Assembly (NCBI GenBank): GCA_963833225.1
Contig: CAWHXD010000019.1
Span: 800,001 to 864,000, forward strand
DNA from: an uncultured Chloroflexia bacterium
GTDB lineage: Bacteria > Chloroflexota > Limnocylindria > Limnocylindrales > CSP1-4
Direction of reading: 5' to 3'
DNA length: 64,000 nt
In this document: positions 12,463 to 22,230 of the stretch, piece after piece
Layout of the letters: each line of letters opens with the position of its first letter
Numbering within the stretch: position 1 is the stretch's first letter
Notes under the pieces: model-generated
The model's input: only the letters and a program-made list of their open reading frames with translations
What the model was told of the DNA's origin: nothing
Database searches by the model: none
Position numbers and translations under genes: made by a program

Positions 12463-13791
12463 CCCGCGAAGCCCCGACCGGCGCGGGGGCGGCGGCCCGG
12501 AACGTGAGCCTGGTGGCCCGCCGCGAGTACGCGGAGCGGGTGAAGTCGAAGGCGTTCCTGGTGTCCACGATCCTCATGGCTGGCCTGGCGGCATCCCTCG
12601 CGTTGATCCCGCTTGCCGTACGGGTCGTGGACCGGGCAACCGTGACCCGGATCGTGGTCGCGGCCGACGAGCCGGGCCTCGCGGCCCGGGCCATCGGCGT
12701 GATGGACGGGTTCCTCAATGCCCAGCTGGACGGATCGGGATCCGCGGACAACACGTTCGAGTTCGTCCCCGCGGCCGACCCGGCGAGCGCCGTCCGGGAG
12801 GTCAGGGACGGTGCGTCGGCCGGGGCGGTGCTGATCGAACGAGCGACCTCGGGTGGTCTGGACTTCCGGGTCGTGACGGTGGGGGCGCTCGGCCAGGACA
12901 AGGCCCAGATCCTGCAGATCGGCGCATTCGCCGTCGGCGTCCTCGACTGGACGGCATCCGCGCCGCCATCGCAGACGCCCTTCGTCCAGCCCACCTTCGC
13001 CGTGGTCGACGCCGGGGCGACCGCCGAAGGAGGCGGCGGCGTGCACGACCATCGACACCGCCGAGTACGCCAGCCGGAGGATCGTCGGGATCGTGTTCGT
13101 GGTGCTCTCGTTCCTGACGCTCGTGTTCTACGGGCTGTGGGTCGCCTCCGGGGTCGTGGCCGAGAAGGCGAGCCGGGTCATGGAGCTCCTCATCTCCGCC
13201 GCGACCGCGCCCCAGCTCGTGGTCGGCAAGATCGTGGGCATCGGCCTTGCGGGGCTCACCCAGGTCCTGCTGGTCCTGGTGCCGGCGATCGCGATGGTGG
13301 TGTTCTCCGGGCAGATCGGGAATGCCGTGCTGGGCGAGGATCCCGCCGCCGCGACGTCGCTCTCGGGGCTGTCGCCGGGGCTCGTCCTCGCCTTCCTCGT
13401 CTACTTCGTGCTCGGGTTCGCGCTCTACGCGTCGATGTACGCCGCCGCCGGCTCGATGCTTTCCCGCGCCGAGGACCTGCAGATCGTCGCCCTGCCGCTG
13501 TCCATTCCGGCCATCATGGGCTACCTCCCCGCCGTCCTGGCGCTGTCGGGCAGCTCCGCGGGCTTCATCCGCTTCGCGTCGTTCGTGCCGTTGTGGAGCC
13601 CCTTCGTGATGATGTCCCGCCTCGCGATCGGGCGCGTGGAGCCCTGGGAGCTGGCGTTGAGCCTGGGCCTGATGCTGGTCACCGTGCCGCTGGTCACGCT
13701 GCTGGCCATCCGCGTCTACCGGGCCGGCGTCCTGCTCTACGGCCAGCCGCCCACGCTGCGCACCTTCGTGCAGGCGGTTCGCGGGAGCTGA
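12459..13791 (+). CDS. ABC-2 transporter permease (NatB/YhaP-like); frameshift ~13040
   Basis: VARREY...KSKAF N-terminus; VAEKASRVMELLIS and SFVPLWSPFVM in ORF 13093-13791. Confidence 0.85.
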
Positions 13792-13972
13792 CCGGCCACC
13801 GCCATGGCGGAACACGAGGGCCGAATGTCGCGCAATTGACGTGTCTTCCAGCCCTGCCGGGGGGGGGCCGTCAAGCGCATATGGTCCGGGCGAGCGGCCG
13901 AGGGCTGAGACGCGGCAACGGGTGGTCCCGTCTCCATAGCCGCAAGCTGATGGCAAGGTTGGGGGGAGACCG

Positions 13973-14671
13973 GTGCGGTTTCGAACGCGAACGCTGACCG
14001 TGGCGGTCCTCGCGGTCGCGGTCTTTGGCTTCACTGCCGGCCCCGCCCAGGCAAATCTGCTCTCTGTGCCTAACCCCCTGTGGTTCTGGGATGGCAACGA
14101 CGACGGCGTCCCCAGCGGACCGCCGGATTTCGACTCCAAGGGGCCCTACTGGTCGGCAAGCCACCTCAACCGGCTGAACGAGGCGACTGCTGAGTGGCGA
14201 ACGAAGACGTCGTTCAACCCCGGCGTCGCCGATGGCACCGGTCACAACATCTACGTTGACGGTCGTCTGCCACCCACAGACTGCAGCTTCCCGGGCTGGG
14301 TCCAGGGCGGCGGGCTGGTGCTCGCCGTCACCTGCAAGCACTATCAAGAACGCACCTTCCCAGCTCGGCACTGGTATCGGCTGATCGACGACGACATCTT
14401 CTTCAACATGGAGGTGAGCACGTCGCCAGACTGGTGGGTGGGCGCCGCAAAACCGGCCGAGACGACTCGCTTTGATTTCGGCGGCGTCCTCACCCACGAA
14501 CTGGGGCACACCGTGCGCTTGGTCCACGTCTACGACCCAGCCGACAACTGCGTAGAGGGAGCGAGGACCTGGATCACCATGTGCCCGTACACCCCTGCGG
14601 ATGACAACGACACTTACTGGAGCCGTTTGCTCCATGCGGACGACATCAGCGGCGCCAACTACGTGTACTGA
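13973..14671 (+). CDS. Secreted metzincin (matrixin/M10-like) zinc metalloprotease
   Basis: Signal peptide ending AQA; DIFFN; HELGHTVRLVH zinc motif; Met-turn TMCP; LHADDISGANYVY. Confidence 0.8.
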   Translation: MRFRTRTLTVAVLAVAVFGFTAGPAQANLLSVPNPLWFWDGNDDGVPSGPPDFDSKGPYWSASHLNRLNEATAEWRTKTSFNPGVADGTGHNIYVDGRLPPTDCSFPGWVQGGGLVLAVTCKHYQERTFPARHWYRLIDDDIFFNMEVSTSPDWWVGAAKPAETTRFDFGGVLTHELGHTVRLVHVYDPADNCVEGARTWITMCPYTPADDNDTYWSRLLHADDISGANYVY

Positions 14672-14686
14672 CCAGGGGGTTCGGCT

Positions 14687-15286
14687 GTGAAGCTCGTGAG
14701 CGATACTGCTCGACTTGTGACGTTCATGCTCGTCGGGGTTGCCTTCCTCGGGATCGTTGCACTCCGGACTTCGAGTACGCCAGGGGCGATCGTGGTTCCC
14801 GCGGCGGCCACTGCGCAACGTGTCGAGGACGCCGTGGCCGCGGGCACGGCTTCCCCTGGGCTGTTCTCCGTCAACGTTGTTCCCGACGCCGAACAGGCTG
14901 CGCGTGAGGTCCTGCGGGACCGGTACGGCGTCACCTGCTACGCCCAGACCGATGTGGAGTGGGTCCCTCTCCCTGGTGGCGTCGACGAGCTCAAAGGCAA
15001 GGCGGACGCTGCCCACCTGGCGGGGCCGGGATGGATCTCCAAGGGGATCTGGCTGGGTGCGCGCCCCGACGCTGCACGGGCGTTCGGAGCCACCGACGTG
15101 TTCGCCGACTCGGCCCTCGTCTGGATCGTGGCCCCGAAGGGCGCCCAGGGTGTCGCCCTTCACCTGCAGAGCTCGAAGCTCGATGACGCCCGCACGGTCT
15201 GGTTCACGCTCGACCAGATTGCGCCGTGCCTCTCCGAAGACCCGCACTACGACGAACTCGAGTCACCGGTCTATCCAGCCGACTGA
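14687..15286 (+). CDS. Hypothetical N-terminally membrane-anchored protein
   Basis: 199-aa ORF 15 bp after the protease; N-terminal hydrophobic helix; two Cys. Confidence 0.6.
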   Translation: MKLVSDTARLVTFMLVGVAFLGIVALRTSSTPGAIVVPAAATAQRVEDAVAAGTASPGLFSVNVVPDAEQAAREVLRDRYGVTCYAQTDVEWVPLPGGVDELKGKADAAHLAGPGWISKGIWLGARPDAARAFGATDVFADSALVWIVAPKGAQGVALHLQSSKLDDARTVWFTLDQIAPCLSEDPHYDELESPVYPAD

Positions 15287-15636
15287 CCACCTGCGGTCCG
15301 CTGGACAGTGGCGGGCGCATCGGTGCGCTCCGCCTCGTCTGATGAGCCAGGGCGTCGGCATGCGGCGGGGCTGGACGTCCCAGCGAGCGGGAAGCCGGCG
15401 TCGGCTACGGAGTTCGCATCGGGCGGGGCTTGGTGCTCGTGGCAACGAGCCATGGGGCAGCACGCTGACCGCCCGGGGTCGGGACCTCGGCGCGCGGGCG
15501 TGGATCTCGACGGGCAAGTCTCCAGCGACTCACTCGCCTGAGCACCACGAGGAGCTCGCGTCAGGGTCCCCGCACGGGCGCGTGACAAGCTCCGAACGGC
15601 GGTCGCTCACCCCAGTCATAGGTGACTTGCGGCACC

Positions 15637-15656
15637 GCCCCGTAGTGGCACGGGGC
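15637..15656. terminator. Hairpin at convergent gene ends
   Basis: GCCCCGT-agtggc-ACGGGGC next to the stop of the ligase-like gene. Confidence 0.4.
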
Positions 15657-15664
15657 GCCGCGGT

Positions 15665-16426
15665 CTATGCGTCGGGATCGTCGGGGAATGGGAGGCGCCG
15701 GAACATCGCCAGCACCGGTGCGGTGGCCGGCGCGGCCCCGGCCCCGGCCTCACCGTCGGGGACCTCCTCGGACGCCGCCGGCAGCGCCTCACCCGGCGCC
15801 GAGGCCGCGATCGACCGCCACAGCGTGCTCCGGACCCCGGGCAGGTACGGCGACGCGCTCCGGCGCGCGAGGATCCCGGCGATCCCCTGGGTGGACACGG
15901 CCGCGTGCAGCGCGAGGCCCTCCCCGCTGATCGCCGGCACCATGACCACCTCGTCGCCGGGTCGCAGCACCTTGCGCAGCGCGGCCCGTCGCTTGTCCAG
16001 CGGCTGACCGAGGAGCCACCGGCCGTCAAGGTGGAGCAGGTCGAACACGAGCAGCGCGACCGGTCGCCCGGGCTGCCCCGACAGCCGTCGACGGAGCGCC
16101 TCGTCGTCGGCGTGACCCCGGGCGTCAACCACCACGAGCTCGCCGTCGAGCACGCCGGATCGGGCGGCCACGCGGACCGCAAGCCCCGCGAGCTCCGGCA
16201 GGACCGCCTCGTACGAGGCCCCACGGGCATCCACGATCCGGACCTCGCCGCCGCCCGCCGCCGCTCCGGGCTCGATGAACACGAGCACGCGGTGTCCGCC
16301 CCAGGTGGGCTCGAACAGCCAGTCGGCGGAGTCGAACGGCTCTGGGCGGGGGGTGGGCCACATCGGCGCCACGTCGCCCGGCCGGGGGATCGCCGGCTCG
16401 AGCTGGAAGGAGAGCTGCTCGGCCAT
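15665..16426 (-). CDS. ATP-dependent DNA ligase (LigD/LigC-type) adenylation-domain homolog, predicted catalytically inactive
   Basis: PFDSADWLFE, LDGELVV, FDLLHLDG, SPYLPG retained; KxDG replaced by TWGG; no OB domain. Confidence 0.8.
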   Translation of the reverse strand: MAEQLSFQLEPAIPRPGDVAPMWPTPRPEPFDSADWLFEPTWGGHRVLVFIEPGAAAGGGEVRIVDARGASYEAVLPELAGLAVRVAARSGVLDGELVVVDARGHADDEALRRRLSGQPGRPVALLVFDLLHLDGRWLLGQPLDKRRAALRKVLRPGDEVVMVPAISGEGLALHAAVSTQGIAGILARRSASPYLPGVRSTLWRSIAASAPGEALPAASEEVPDGEAGAGAAPATAPVLAMFRRLPFPDDPDA

Positions 16427-16506
16427 CGCAGGCCGATGGTAGCCCCTCGCCCAGCGATAAACTGGCGCCAACCCAGGCGTCGCGTGCTCGCGCCGCCGAT
16501 CCGCCC

Positions 16507-18675
16507 GTGCTCCCGGAGGGCTCCGTGCGTCGACCCGCGCAACCTGACGATCTCTGCCGGCTCCACGTCCCGACCGACCCCCGCGTGTCCCCGGACGGGC
16601 GCCATGTCGTCTTCACGGTCAAACGCAGCGCCGTCGGCCGCGATGGGTATCGCCAGTCCATCTGGCTCGCGCCGGTCGATGGGCCCCGCGCGGCCCGGCA
16701 GCTGACCATCGGCCACAAGACGGACCGCCATGCCCGCTTCTCGCCGGATGGCGCGACGCTCGCCTTCATCAGCGACCGGCGCCTCCACGTGGAGGACGAG
16801 CCGGACCGCCCGGCCGACCCCAAGGACCGTGAGGACTGCGACCAAATCTTCCTGCTGCCCCTCGACGGCGGCGAAGCTCGACGCCTGACGGACCTGCCAC
16901 GGAGCGTGGACGCGTTCGCCTGGTCGCCGGACGGGACCCGGATCGCCATCCTCACCAGCTCGCTGGGCGCGACGGAGGCAGAGGATCGCCGCGTGCGCGG
17001 TCGCCCGGTCAAGCCCAAGGCGGGCGGGCACCCGCTGTCCGACTACCGGTATCTCGATCGTCTCGGGTACCAGCACAACGGCACCGGGTTCATCGATGAC
17101 CGCGAGGCGCACCTGTGGCTCGTGGATGCCACGACCGGGGCGGCGAGCCCGCTCGTCGCCGGTCGGGCGGCGGAGACGCACCCGGCCTGGTCGCCGGACG
17201 GGGCCCGGATCGCCTTCGCCGCGAACCGCCACCGCGATCCGGACCTCGCCGAACGTTCCGGCCTGTACGTGGTGGACGTGGTGACGCGCGAGGTCCGCAC
17301 GGTCGCCGACGGCGACGGCGTCTTCGTGCATCCGGTCTGGACGCACGACGGGGCAGCGATCCTGGCCCTGGGCGATCGGCACCCGCGCGCGGGCTATCGA
17401 ACCGGGATCTGGCGATTCGCGGCGGACGGCACGGACGCGGGCCCCGGCGGCGGCACGGACCTCCTCGCGGGCAGCGAGCTCAAGCCCGATGCCGGCATGA
17501 ACAGCGACGTGGCGGTCGGCGAGGAACCGCGCCTGGCCCTGTCCGCCGACGGCGCGCATGCGCTGTTCACCGCACCCGTGGACGGGTCGAACGAGCTGTG
17601 GCGGGTGGCGATCGACGGCAGTCGCCCGCCGGAGCGCCTGACCGAGGGCCGCCAGCACCTCTCGGGCTGGGACGCGGCGCCGGCATCGGTCGCTGCCGGG
17701 GCCGCGGCTGGAACCCGTGGCGATGTCGTCGCCGCCGTGCGCTCCACCGCCACGGCGTTTCCGGAGGTCGTGGCGATCGGCGTGCCGGCGCGGGGCCGGG
17801 CGGACGTGCCCCGGCCGCTCACGCACCTCAACGACGACCTGGCGGCCGAGCTCTCGCTCATCGAACCCGTCGAGCGCCGCTGGCAGAGCGACGGCCTCGA
17901 GATCCAGGGCTGGCTGTACCTGGGCGGCGAGGGGAAGCGCCCGCTGGTGCTCGAGATCCACGGCGGACCACACACGCTCTACGGCTGGGCGCCGATGCTG
18001 GAGTTCCAGGTCCTCGCGGGCGCCGGGATCTCCGTGCTCGCCTCCAACCCGCGCGGCTCGGAGGGCTACGGCGAGGCCTTCAATCGCGCCAACATCGGCG
18101 ATTGGGGCGACGGGCCGATGGCGGACGTGATGGCCGGGGTGGACCAGGCGATCGGTGACGGCCTGGCCGATCCCGGGCGCCTGGGCGTGACCGGCGGCTC
18201 GTACGGCGGCTACCTCACCAACTGGATCGTCGGTCACACGGACCGGTTCCGGGCGGCGCTGACCGCTCGCTCGGTCGTGGACATGCGGACGCTGTTCCTC
18301 ACCGGCGACATCTCTGGCGGCGAGTGGGCGCTGGCCGAGTTCGGGCGGTACCCGTGGGAGGATCCCGACTACTTCGACGAGATGTCACCGCTCTCCTACG
18401 CCGCGAACATCCGGACGCCGCTGCTCATCCAGCACAGCGAGCGCGACATCCGCACCACGGTCGGCCAGGCCGAGGCGCTGTTCACGGTCCTGCGCTCGCT
18501 GCGCCGGCCGGTCCGGTTCATGCGCGTGCCGGAGGAGAGCCACGAGCTCACCCGGGGCGGGACCCCGTTCCGGCGCTCGGAGAACCTGGTCCAGGTCCGC
18601 GACTGGTTCGTTCACTATCTCGTCGATGGCCGGCGGCGGCTGCCGCCCAAGCCGCGCAACCGCGCGGGCAGGTAG
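16507..18675 (+). CDS. S9 family peptidase (acylaminoacyl/dipeptidyl peptidase)
   Basis: SPDG beta-propeller repeats; IHGGPH, GGSYGG, DIRT, SHEL. Confidence 0.93.
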   Translation: MLPEGSVRRPAQPDDLCRLHVPTDPRVSPDGRHVVFTVKRSAVGRDGYRQSIWLAPVDGPRAARQLTIGHKTDRHARFSPDGATLAFISDRRLHVEDEPDRPADPKDREDCDQIFLLPLDGGEARRLTDLPRSVDAFAWSPDGTRIAILTSSLGATEAEDRRVRGRPVKPKAGGHPLSDYRYLDRLGYQHNGTGFIDDREAHLWLVDATTGAASPLVAGRAAETHPAWSPDGARIAFAANRHRDPDLAERSGLYVVDVVTREVRTVADGDGVFVHPVWTHDGAAILALGDRHPRAGYRTGIWRFAADGTDAGPGGGTDLLAGSELKPDAGMNSDVAVGEEPRLALSADGAHALFTAPVDGSNELWRVAIDGSRPPERLTEGRQHLSGWDAAPASVAAGAAAGTRGDVVAAVRSTATAFPEVVAIGVPARGRADVPRPLTHLNDDLAAELSLIEPVERRWQSDGLEIQGWLYLGGEGKRPLVLEIHGGPHTLYGWAPMLEFQVLAGAGISVLASNPRGSEGYGEAFNRANIGDWGDGPMADVMAGVDQAIGDGLADPGRLGVTGGSYGGYLTNWIVGHTDRFRAALTARSVVDMRTLFLTGDISGGEWALAEFGRYPWEDPDYFDEMSPLSYAANIRTPLLIQHSERDIRTTVGQAEALFTVLRSLRRPVRFMRVPEESHELTRGGTPFRRSENLVQVRDWFVHYLVDGRRRLPPKPRNRAGR

Positions 18676-18681
18676 GGGATC

Positions 18682-19782
18682 GTGGGGAGGCAGATGGAGC
18701 ATCGCGGGGGGCTGCCCTTCCTCGTGGTCGAGGGCTTGCACCGGGAGGTCGGGCGGCAGATCGGGGTGGCCTGCGCGGACGTGCTGCGCGAGGCGGTCGC
18801 GTTCGATGCCGATCTTCCGGCCGGGCGGTCCCGCGACGAGCAGCTGGCCCTCGCCGAGCGCTACCGGGACGCGACGCTCGCGGCAACGCCGTGGCTGGTG
18901 GATGAGATCGACGGAGCGGCCGAGGGCGCGGGCGTTGATCCGCGGGCGCTGTTCGCCGCCTCGGTCGAGGAGATCTGGACCGTGCGGCCCTCGCAGGCCA
19001 CGGCCGGCGCAACCGTGGACGGACGCTGCAGCGACCTCGTCGCAGTCCCGCCCGCCACGCCCGACGGCCACGTCTGGGTCGCCCACACCAACGACCTGTC
19101 GCCCGCGTCGGAGGCATCCGTCATCGCGATCGAGTGGCGGGTGCCCGGGGAGCCCGTGGTGCTGTCGCTGGGGATCGGCCCGTGGATCAGCGTGGGCTGG
19201 AACGATGCCGGCCTGTCGCTGACCGGGAACGAGCTGGCGCCGAACGACGAGCGGGTCGGCGTTCCGCGGCTGCTGATGGTCCGCGAACAGCTCACGGCCC
19301 GGACGCTCGACGAGGCCGTGGCGATGACCCTGCGCCCGGATCGCGCCTCCTCGTACAACACGGTGCTCGCGCATCGTGACGGGCGCGTGATCGACGTGGA
19401 AGGCTCCGCGACGGACGCGGAGCTGACGATCCCGACCGCCGCCGGAACGCTCGCCCATACCAACCACTACGCGTGCGACCGGATGCTCCGCTACGAGGGG
19501 GACCCGGCCTACGCAACGCGGTCCGCAGTGCGCCTCGGACGTGCGCTGGAGCTCCTTGACGGCCCTGATGGCATCGGCCCGGCGCCCGGCTCGATCGGTC
19601 CCGACCAGCTGGCCGCGTTTCTCGCCGACCACGCCACGAGCCCGTCGATCTGCCGCCATGACGATGGCCAGGGGACATCGGTGACCGCGTTCTGGTGTCT
19701 CGCCGACGTCACCGCGGGCCGGATCGCCTACGGGCGTGGACCCCGCTGCCGCGGCGAAGAGGCCGTGTACCGGTTCGCCTGA
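18682..19782 (+). CDS. C45 family autoproteolytic acyltransferase/hydrolase (Ntn fold)
   Basis: GR|CSD nucleophile, AHTND, GWNDAGL, GVP, AHTNHY, SICRH. Confidence 0.85.
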   Translation: MGRQMEHRGGLPFLVVEGLHREVGRQIGVACADVLREAVAFDADLPAGRSRDEQLALAERYRDATLAATPWLVDEIDGAAEGAGVDPRALFAASVEEIWTVRPSQATAGATVDGRCSDLVAVPPATPDGHVWVAHTNDLSPASEASVIAIEWRVPGEPVVLSLGIGPWISVGWNDAGLSLTGNELAPNDERVGVPRLLMVREQLTARTLDEAVAMTLRPDRASSYNTVLAHRDGRVIDVEGSATDAELTIPTAAGTLAHTNHYACDRMLRYEGDPAYATRSAVRLGRALELLDGPDGIGPAPGSIGPDQLAAFLADHATSPSICRHDDGQGTSVTAFWCLADVTAGRIAYGRGPRCRGEEAVYRFA

Positions 19783-19804
19783 GGCGATCAGGTCGCGCAC
19801 TGCG

Positions 19805-19821
19805 TTGTGCAGAGTGCACAA
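19805..19821. promoter_or_regulatory. Perfect palindrome TTGTGCA-GAG-TGCACAA, candidate operator
   Basis: 7-3-7 inverted repeat in the AT-richer region upstream of the antiporter fragment and amtB. Confidence 0.45.
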
Positions 19822-19976
19822 GATTCGTGGGTCATGACCCCGGCGAGGGGTGAGTTGCCCCGATATCACCCGTATCGCATCGTTCAATACGCCCAAGAAT
19901 CGCCATGATCGCAACCATCCGGGTACCGATCGTCGAGCCGATCGCCCGGTAGGGTCCGCACCCAGAGGCTCCCGAC

Positions 19977-20669
19977 GTGCGGGGGTCCGGTGCGGAGGCG
20001 GGCGTGGTGGACCTGATCCTGCCCCTGGCGATCGTCCTGCGGCTGCTTCCCTCGCGACTCCACCGGGTCCTCGACGGGCTCCACGTCCGGGGTGGCGGTG
20101 GGCTTGCCGCCGCGTTCGGGTTCGTGCTGCTGATCGCCTGGGCGTTCGAGCGGTTCGGTGGCCTCGCCGGGATCACCGGTGCCTATGTGGCGGGTCTGGC
20201 CCTCGCCGGCTCGCCGCTCGCGGAGAAGGTGAAGGACGGCCTGGTCCGGGCGGGAGAGGCCCTGTGCGTACCCGTGTTCTTCGCCGCCATCGGGCTCGCC
20301 GCGGACCTCCGGGCCGTGCCGCCCGTCCTCCCGCTGGCCCTCGCGCTGCTGGGCGTGGCGATCCTGGGCAAGGTCCTGGGCTCCGGTCTCGGAGCCCGGC
20401 TCGGCGGGCTCTCGACCGCGGACTCCGGTCTCGTCGGGCTCGGCATGGTCGGCCGCGGCGAGGTCGCGCTCGTGGCCGCGACCGTGGGCCTGCACGCCGG
20501 GGCGATCGACCAGGGCGTGTACGCCGCGGTGGTCCTGCTCGCGGTGGCGACGACGGTCATCGCGCCTATCGGTGTCACCGCCTGGAGTCGGGGGATCCGG
20601 GTGCCGGCGCTGTGGGGTCCGGTGACGGCGCTCCTGCCGGTCCGCGTGGCCCCGGTCGACCGGGAATGA
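19977..20669 (+). CDS. Cation:proton antiporter (CPA2), C-terminal half only; possible pseudogene
   Basis: GAYVAGL, PVFFAAIG, GKVLG, GMVGRGEVAL motifs; in-frame TAG at 19950 and no N-terminal half upstream. Confidence 0.7.
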   Translation: MRGSGAEAGVVDLILPLAIVLRLLPSRLHRVLDGLHVRGGGGLAAAFGFVLLIAWAFERFGGLAGITGAYVAGLALAGSPLAEKVKDGLVRAGEALCVPVFFAAIGLAADLRAVPPVLPLALALLGVAILGKVLGSGLGARLGGLSTADSGLVGLGMVGRGEVALVAATVGLHAGAIDQGVYAAVVLLAVATTVIAPIGVTAWSRGIRVPALWGPVTALLPVRVAPVDRE

Positions 20670-20785
20670 ACCACGGCCGGTCCGCCCTGGCCGGCCCCAT
20701 CCACCGCACGCGGCCCCGGAGGCGGCCGCGGTGCCCAACCACGAGACGACATCGCCGCATTCAAGCGATAGGGAGGATGAATCGG

Positions 20786-22144
20786 ATGACAAGACGACGC
20801 CTGCTCGTTGGCAGCCTGGCCGTCGCGGCCCTCATGGGTCCGCTCGCGGCCACCGCCCTCGCCGCCGACGGCGAGGCAACCATCGGCGACCTCACCAAGG
20901 CCATCGACGGCGTGTGGGTGATCCTCGCCGGCGCCCTCGTGTTCCTGATGCAGGCGGGCTTCGCGCTCGTCGAGGCCGGGTTCACGCGGGCCAAGAACAC
21001 CGCCAACATCGCCATGAAGAACTTCATGGACTTCTCCGTCGGGGCCCTCTTCTACTGGGCCATCGGCTTCGGGCTCGCGTATGGCGGCTCCACGCTGGGC
21101 GGCTTCGTCGCCTACGGCGGGATCGGGGACGCGTTCTTCCTGAGCGACCCCACACAGAGCACGAGCTGGTTCTTCCAGGTCGTGTTCGCGGCCACCGCGG
21201 CGACCATCGTGTCGGGCGCGATGGCCGAGCGCACCAAGTTCTCTTCGTACCTCATGTACACGGTGTTCATCTCGGGCTTCATCTACCCGATCGTGAGCCA
21301 CTGGGCCTGGGGCGGCGGCTTCCTCGCCGACCTCGGCTACGTGGACTTCGCAGGCTCGGGCGTGGTGCACCTCGTCGGTGGCGTCGCGGCCCTCGCCGGC
21401 GTCCTGGCGATCGGACCGCGCATCGGCAAGTACGACGCGAACGGCAAGTCCAACCCGATCCCCGGTCACTCGCTGCTGCTGGCCACGACCGGCGTGTTCC
21501 TGCTCTGGTTCGGCTGGTACGGATTCAACGGCGGCTCGACCCTCGCGGCCGTGGGTGCCGACTTCTCGTCGGTCGTGGTCACGACCACCCTCGCCGCGGC
21601 CGCCGGTGGCACGGCCGCGATGTTCGCGGCCTGGGCGAACCCGGCGTACGGCCGGCCCGACCCGGGCATGACCCTCAACGGCGCGCTCGCGGGCCTGGTG
21701 GGGATCACCGCCGGCTGCGCCACGGTGGACAACGTGGGCGCCGTGATCATCGGCCTGGTCGCGGGCGTGATCGTGGTGTTCTCCGTCCTGATCGTCGACC
21801 GGCTCAGGATCGACGACCCGGTCGGCGCGATCTCGGTGCACGGCGTGTGCGGGGCGTGGGGCCTGATCGCCGTCGGCCTGCTGGACACCGTGAACGGCAA
21901 GGGCGTGATCGCGGGCGGTGGCGTTGACCAGCTCGTCGCGCAGCTGATCGGCATCGTCGCCATCGTCGGCTGGACCTTCGTCACCTCGTCCGCGGTGTTC
22001 TGGGCGATCCGGCTCACCGTGGGCCTGCGGGTCTCGGCCGCCGACGAGATCGCGGGACTGGACCGAATCGAGCACGGGGCGGTGGCCTACCCGGAGTTCA
22101 TGGAGCAGATCGCGGACCCGGAGGTGCTGGACCCGGTCGCCTGA
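20786..22144 (+). CDS. amtB: Ammonium transporter
   Basis: MQAGFALVEAG, FFQVVFAAT, IVSGAMAER, HWAWGGG, DFAGSGVVH, WFGWYGFNGGS, DDPVGAISVHG; GGAGG RBS. Confidence 0.96.
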   Translation: MTRRRLLVGSLAVAALMGPLAATALAADGEATIGDLTKAIDGVWVILAGALVFLMQAGFALVEAGFTRAKNTANIAMKNFMDFSVGALFYWAIGFGLAYGGSTLGGFVAYGGIGDAFFLSDPTQSTSWFFQVVFAATAATIVSGAMAERTKFSSYLMYTVFISGFIYPIVSHWAWGGGFLADLGYVDFAGSGVVHLVGGVAALAGVLAIGPRIGKYDANGKSNPIPGHSLLLATTGVFLLWFGWYGFNGGSTLAAVGADFSSVVVTTTLAAAAGGTAAMFAAWANPAYGRPDPGMTLNGALAGLVGITAGCATVDNVGAVIIGLVAGVIVVFSVLIVDRLRIDDPVGAISVHGVCGAWGLIAVGLLDTVNGKGVIAGGGVDQLVAQLIGIVAIVGWTFVTSSAVFWAIRLTVGLRVSAADEIAGLDRIEHGAVAYPEFMEQIADPEVLDPVA

Positions 22145-22166
22145 GCTCCACTGTTCCCAGCGCGTC

Positions 22167-22200
22167 AAGCGGCCCCCGCCCGACTGGGCGGGGGCCGCTT
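22167..22200. terminator. Bidirectional intrinsic terminator
   Basis: AAGCGGCCCCCGCCC-gact-GGGCGGGGGCCGCTT, a perfect 15-bp stem between convergent amtB and S9 peptidase. Confidence 0.85.
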
Positions 22201-22230
22201 CGTGTCCGGGTGCGGAGCGTGCCGCGCCGG

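Noticed and set aside
13902-13970. GGGCTGAGA as a TPP-riboswitch-like motif
   Set aside because: Lacks the downstream CCTGA...TAA...GCG.AGGGA elements, and the downstream gene is unrelated to thiamine.
15349-15400. CTGATGA hammerhead ribozyme core
   Set aside because: No properly placed GAAA or stem II/III follows.
19879-19912. CGTTCA...CCATG resemblance to glutamine (glnA/downstream-peptide) riboswitches upstream of amtB
   Set aside because: No closing GAACG strand or recognisable P2 hairpin; the match is too short. An Infernal scan would settle it.
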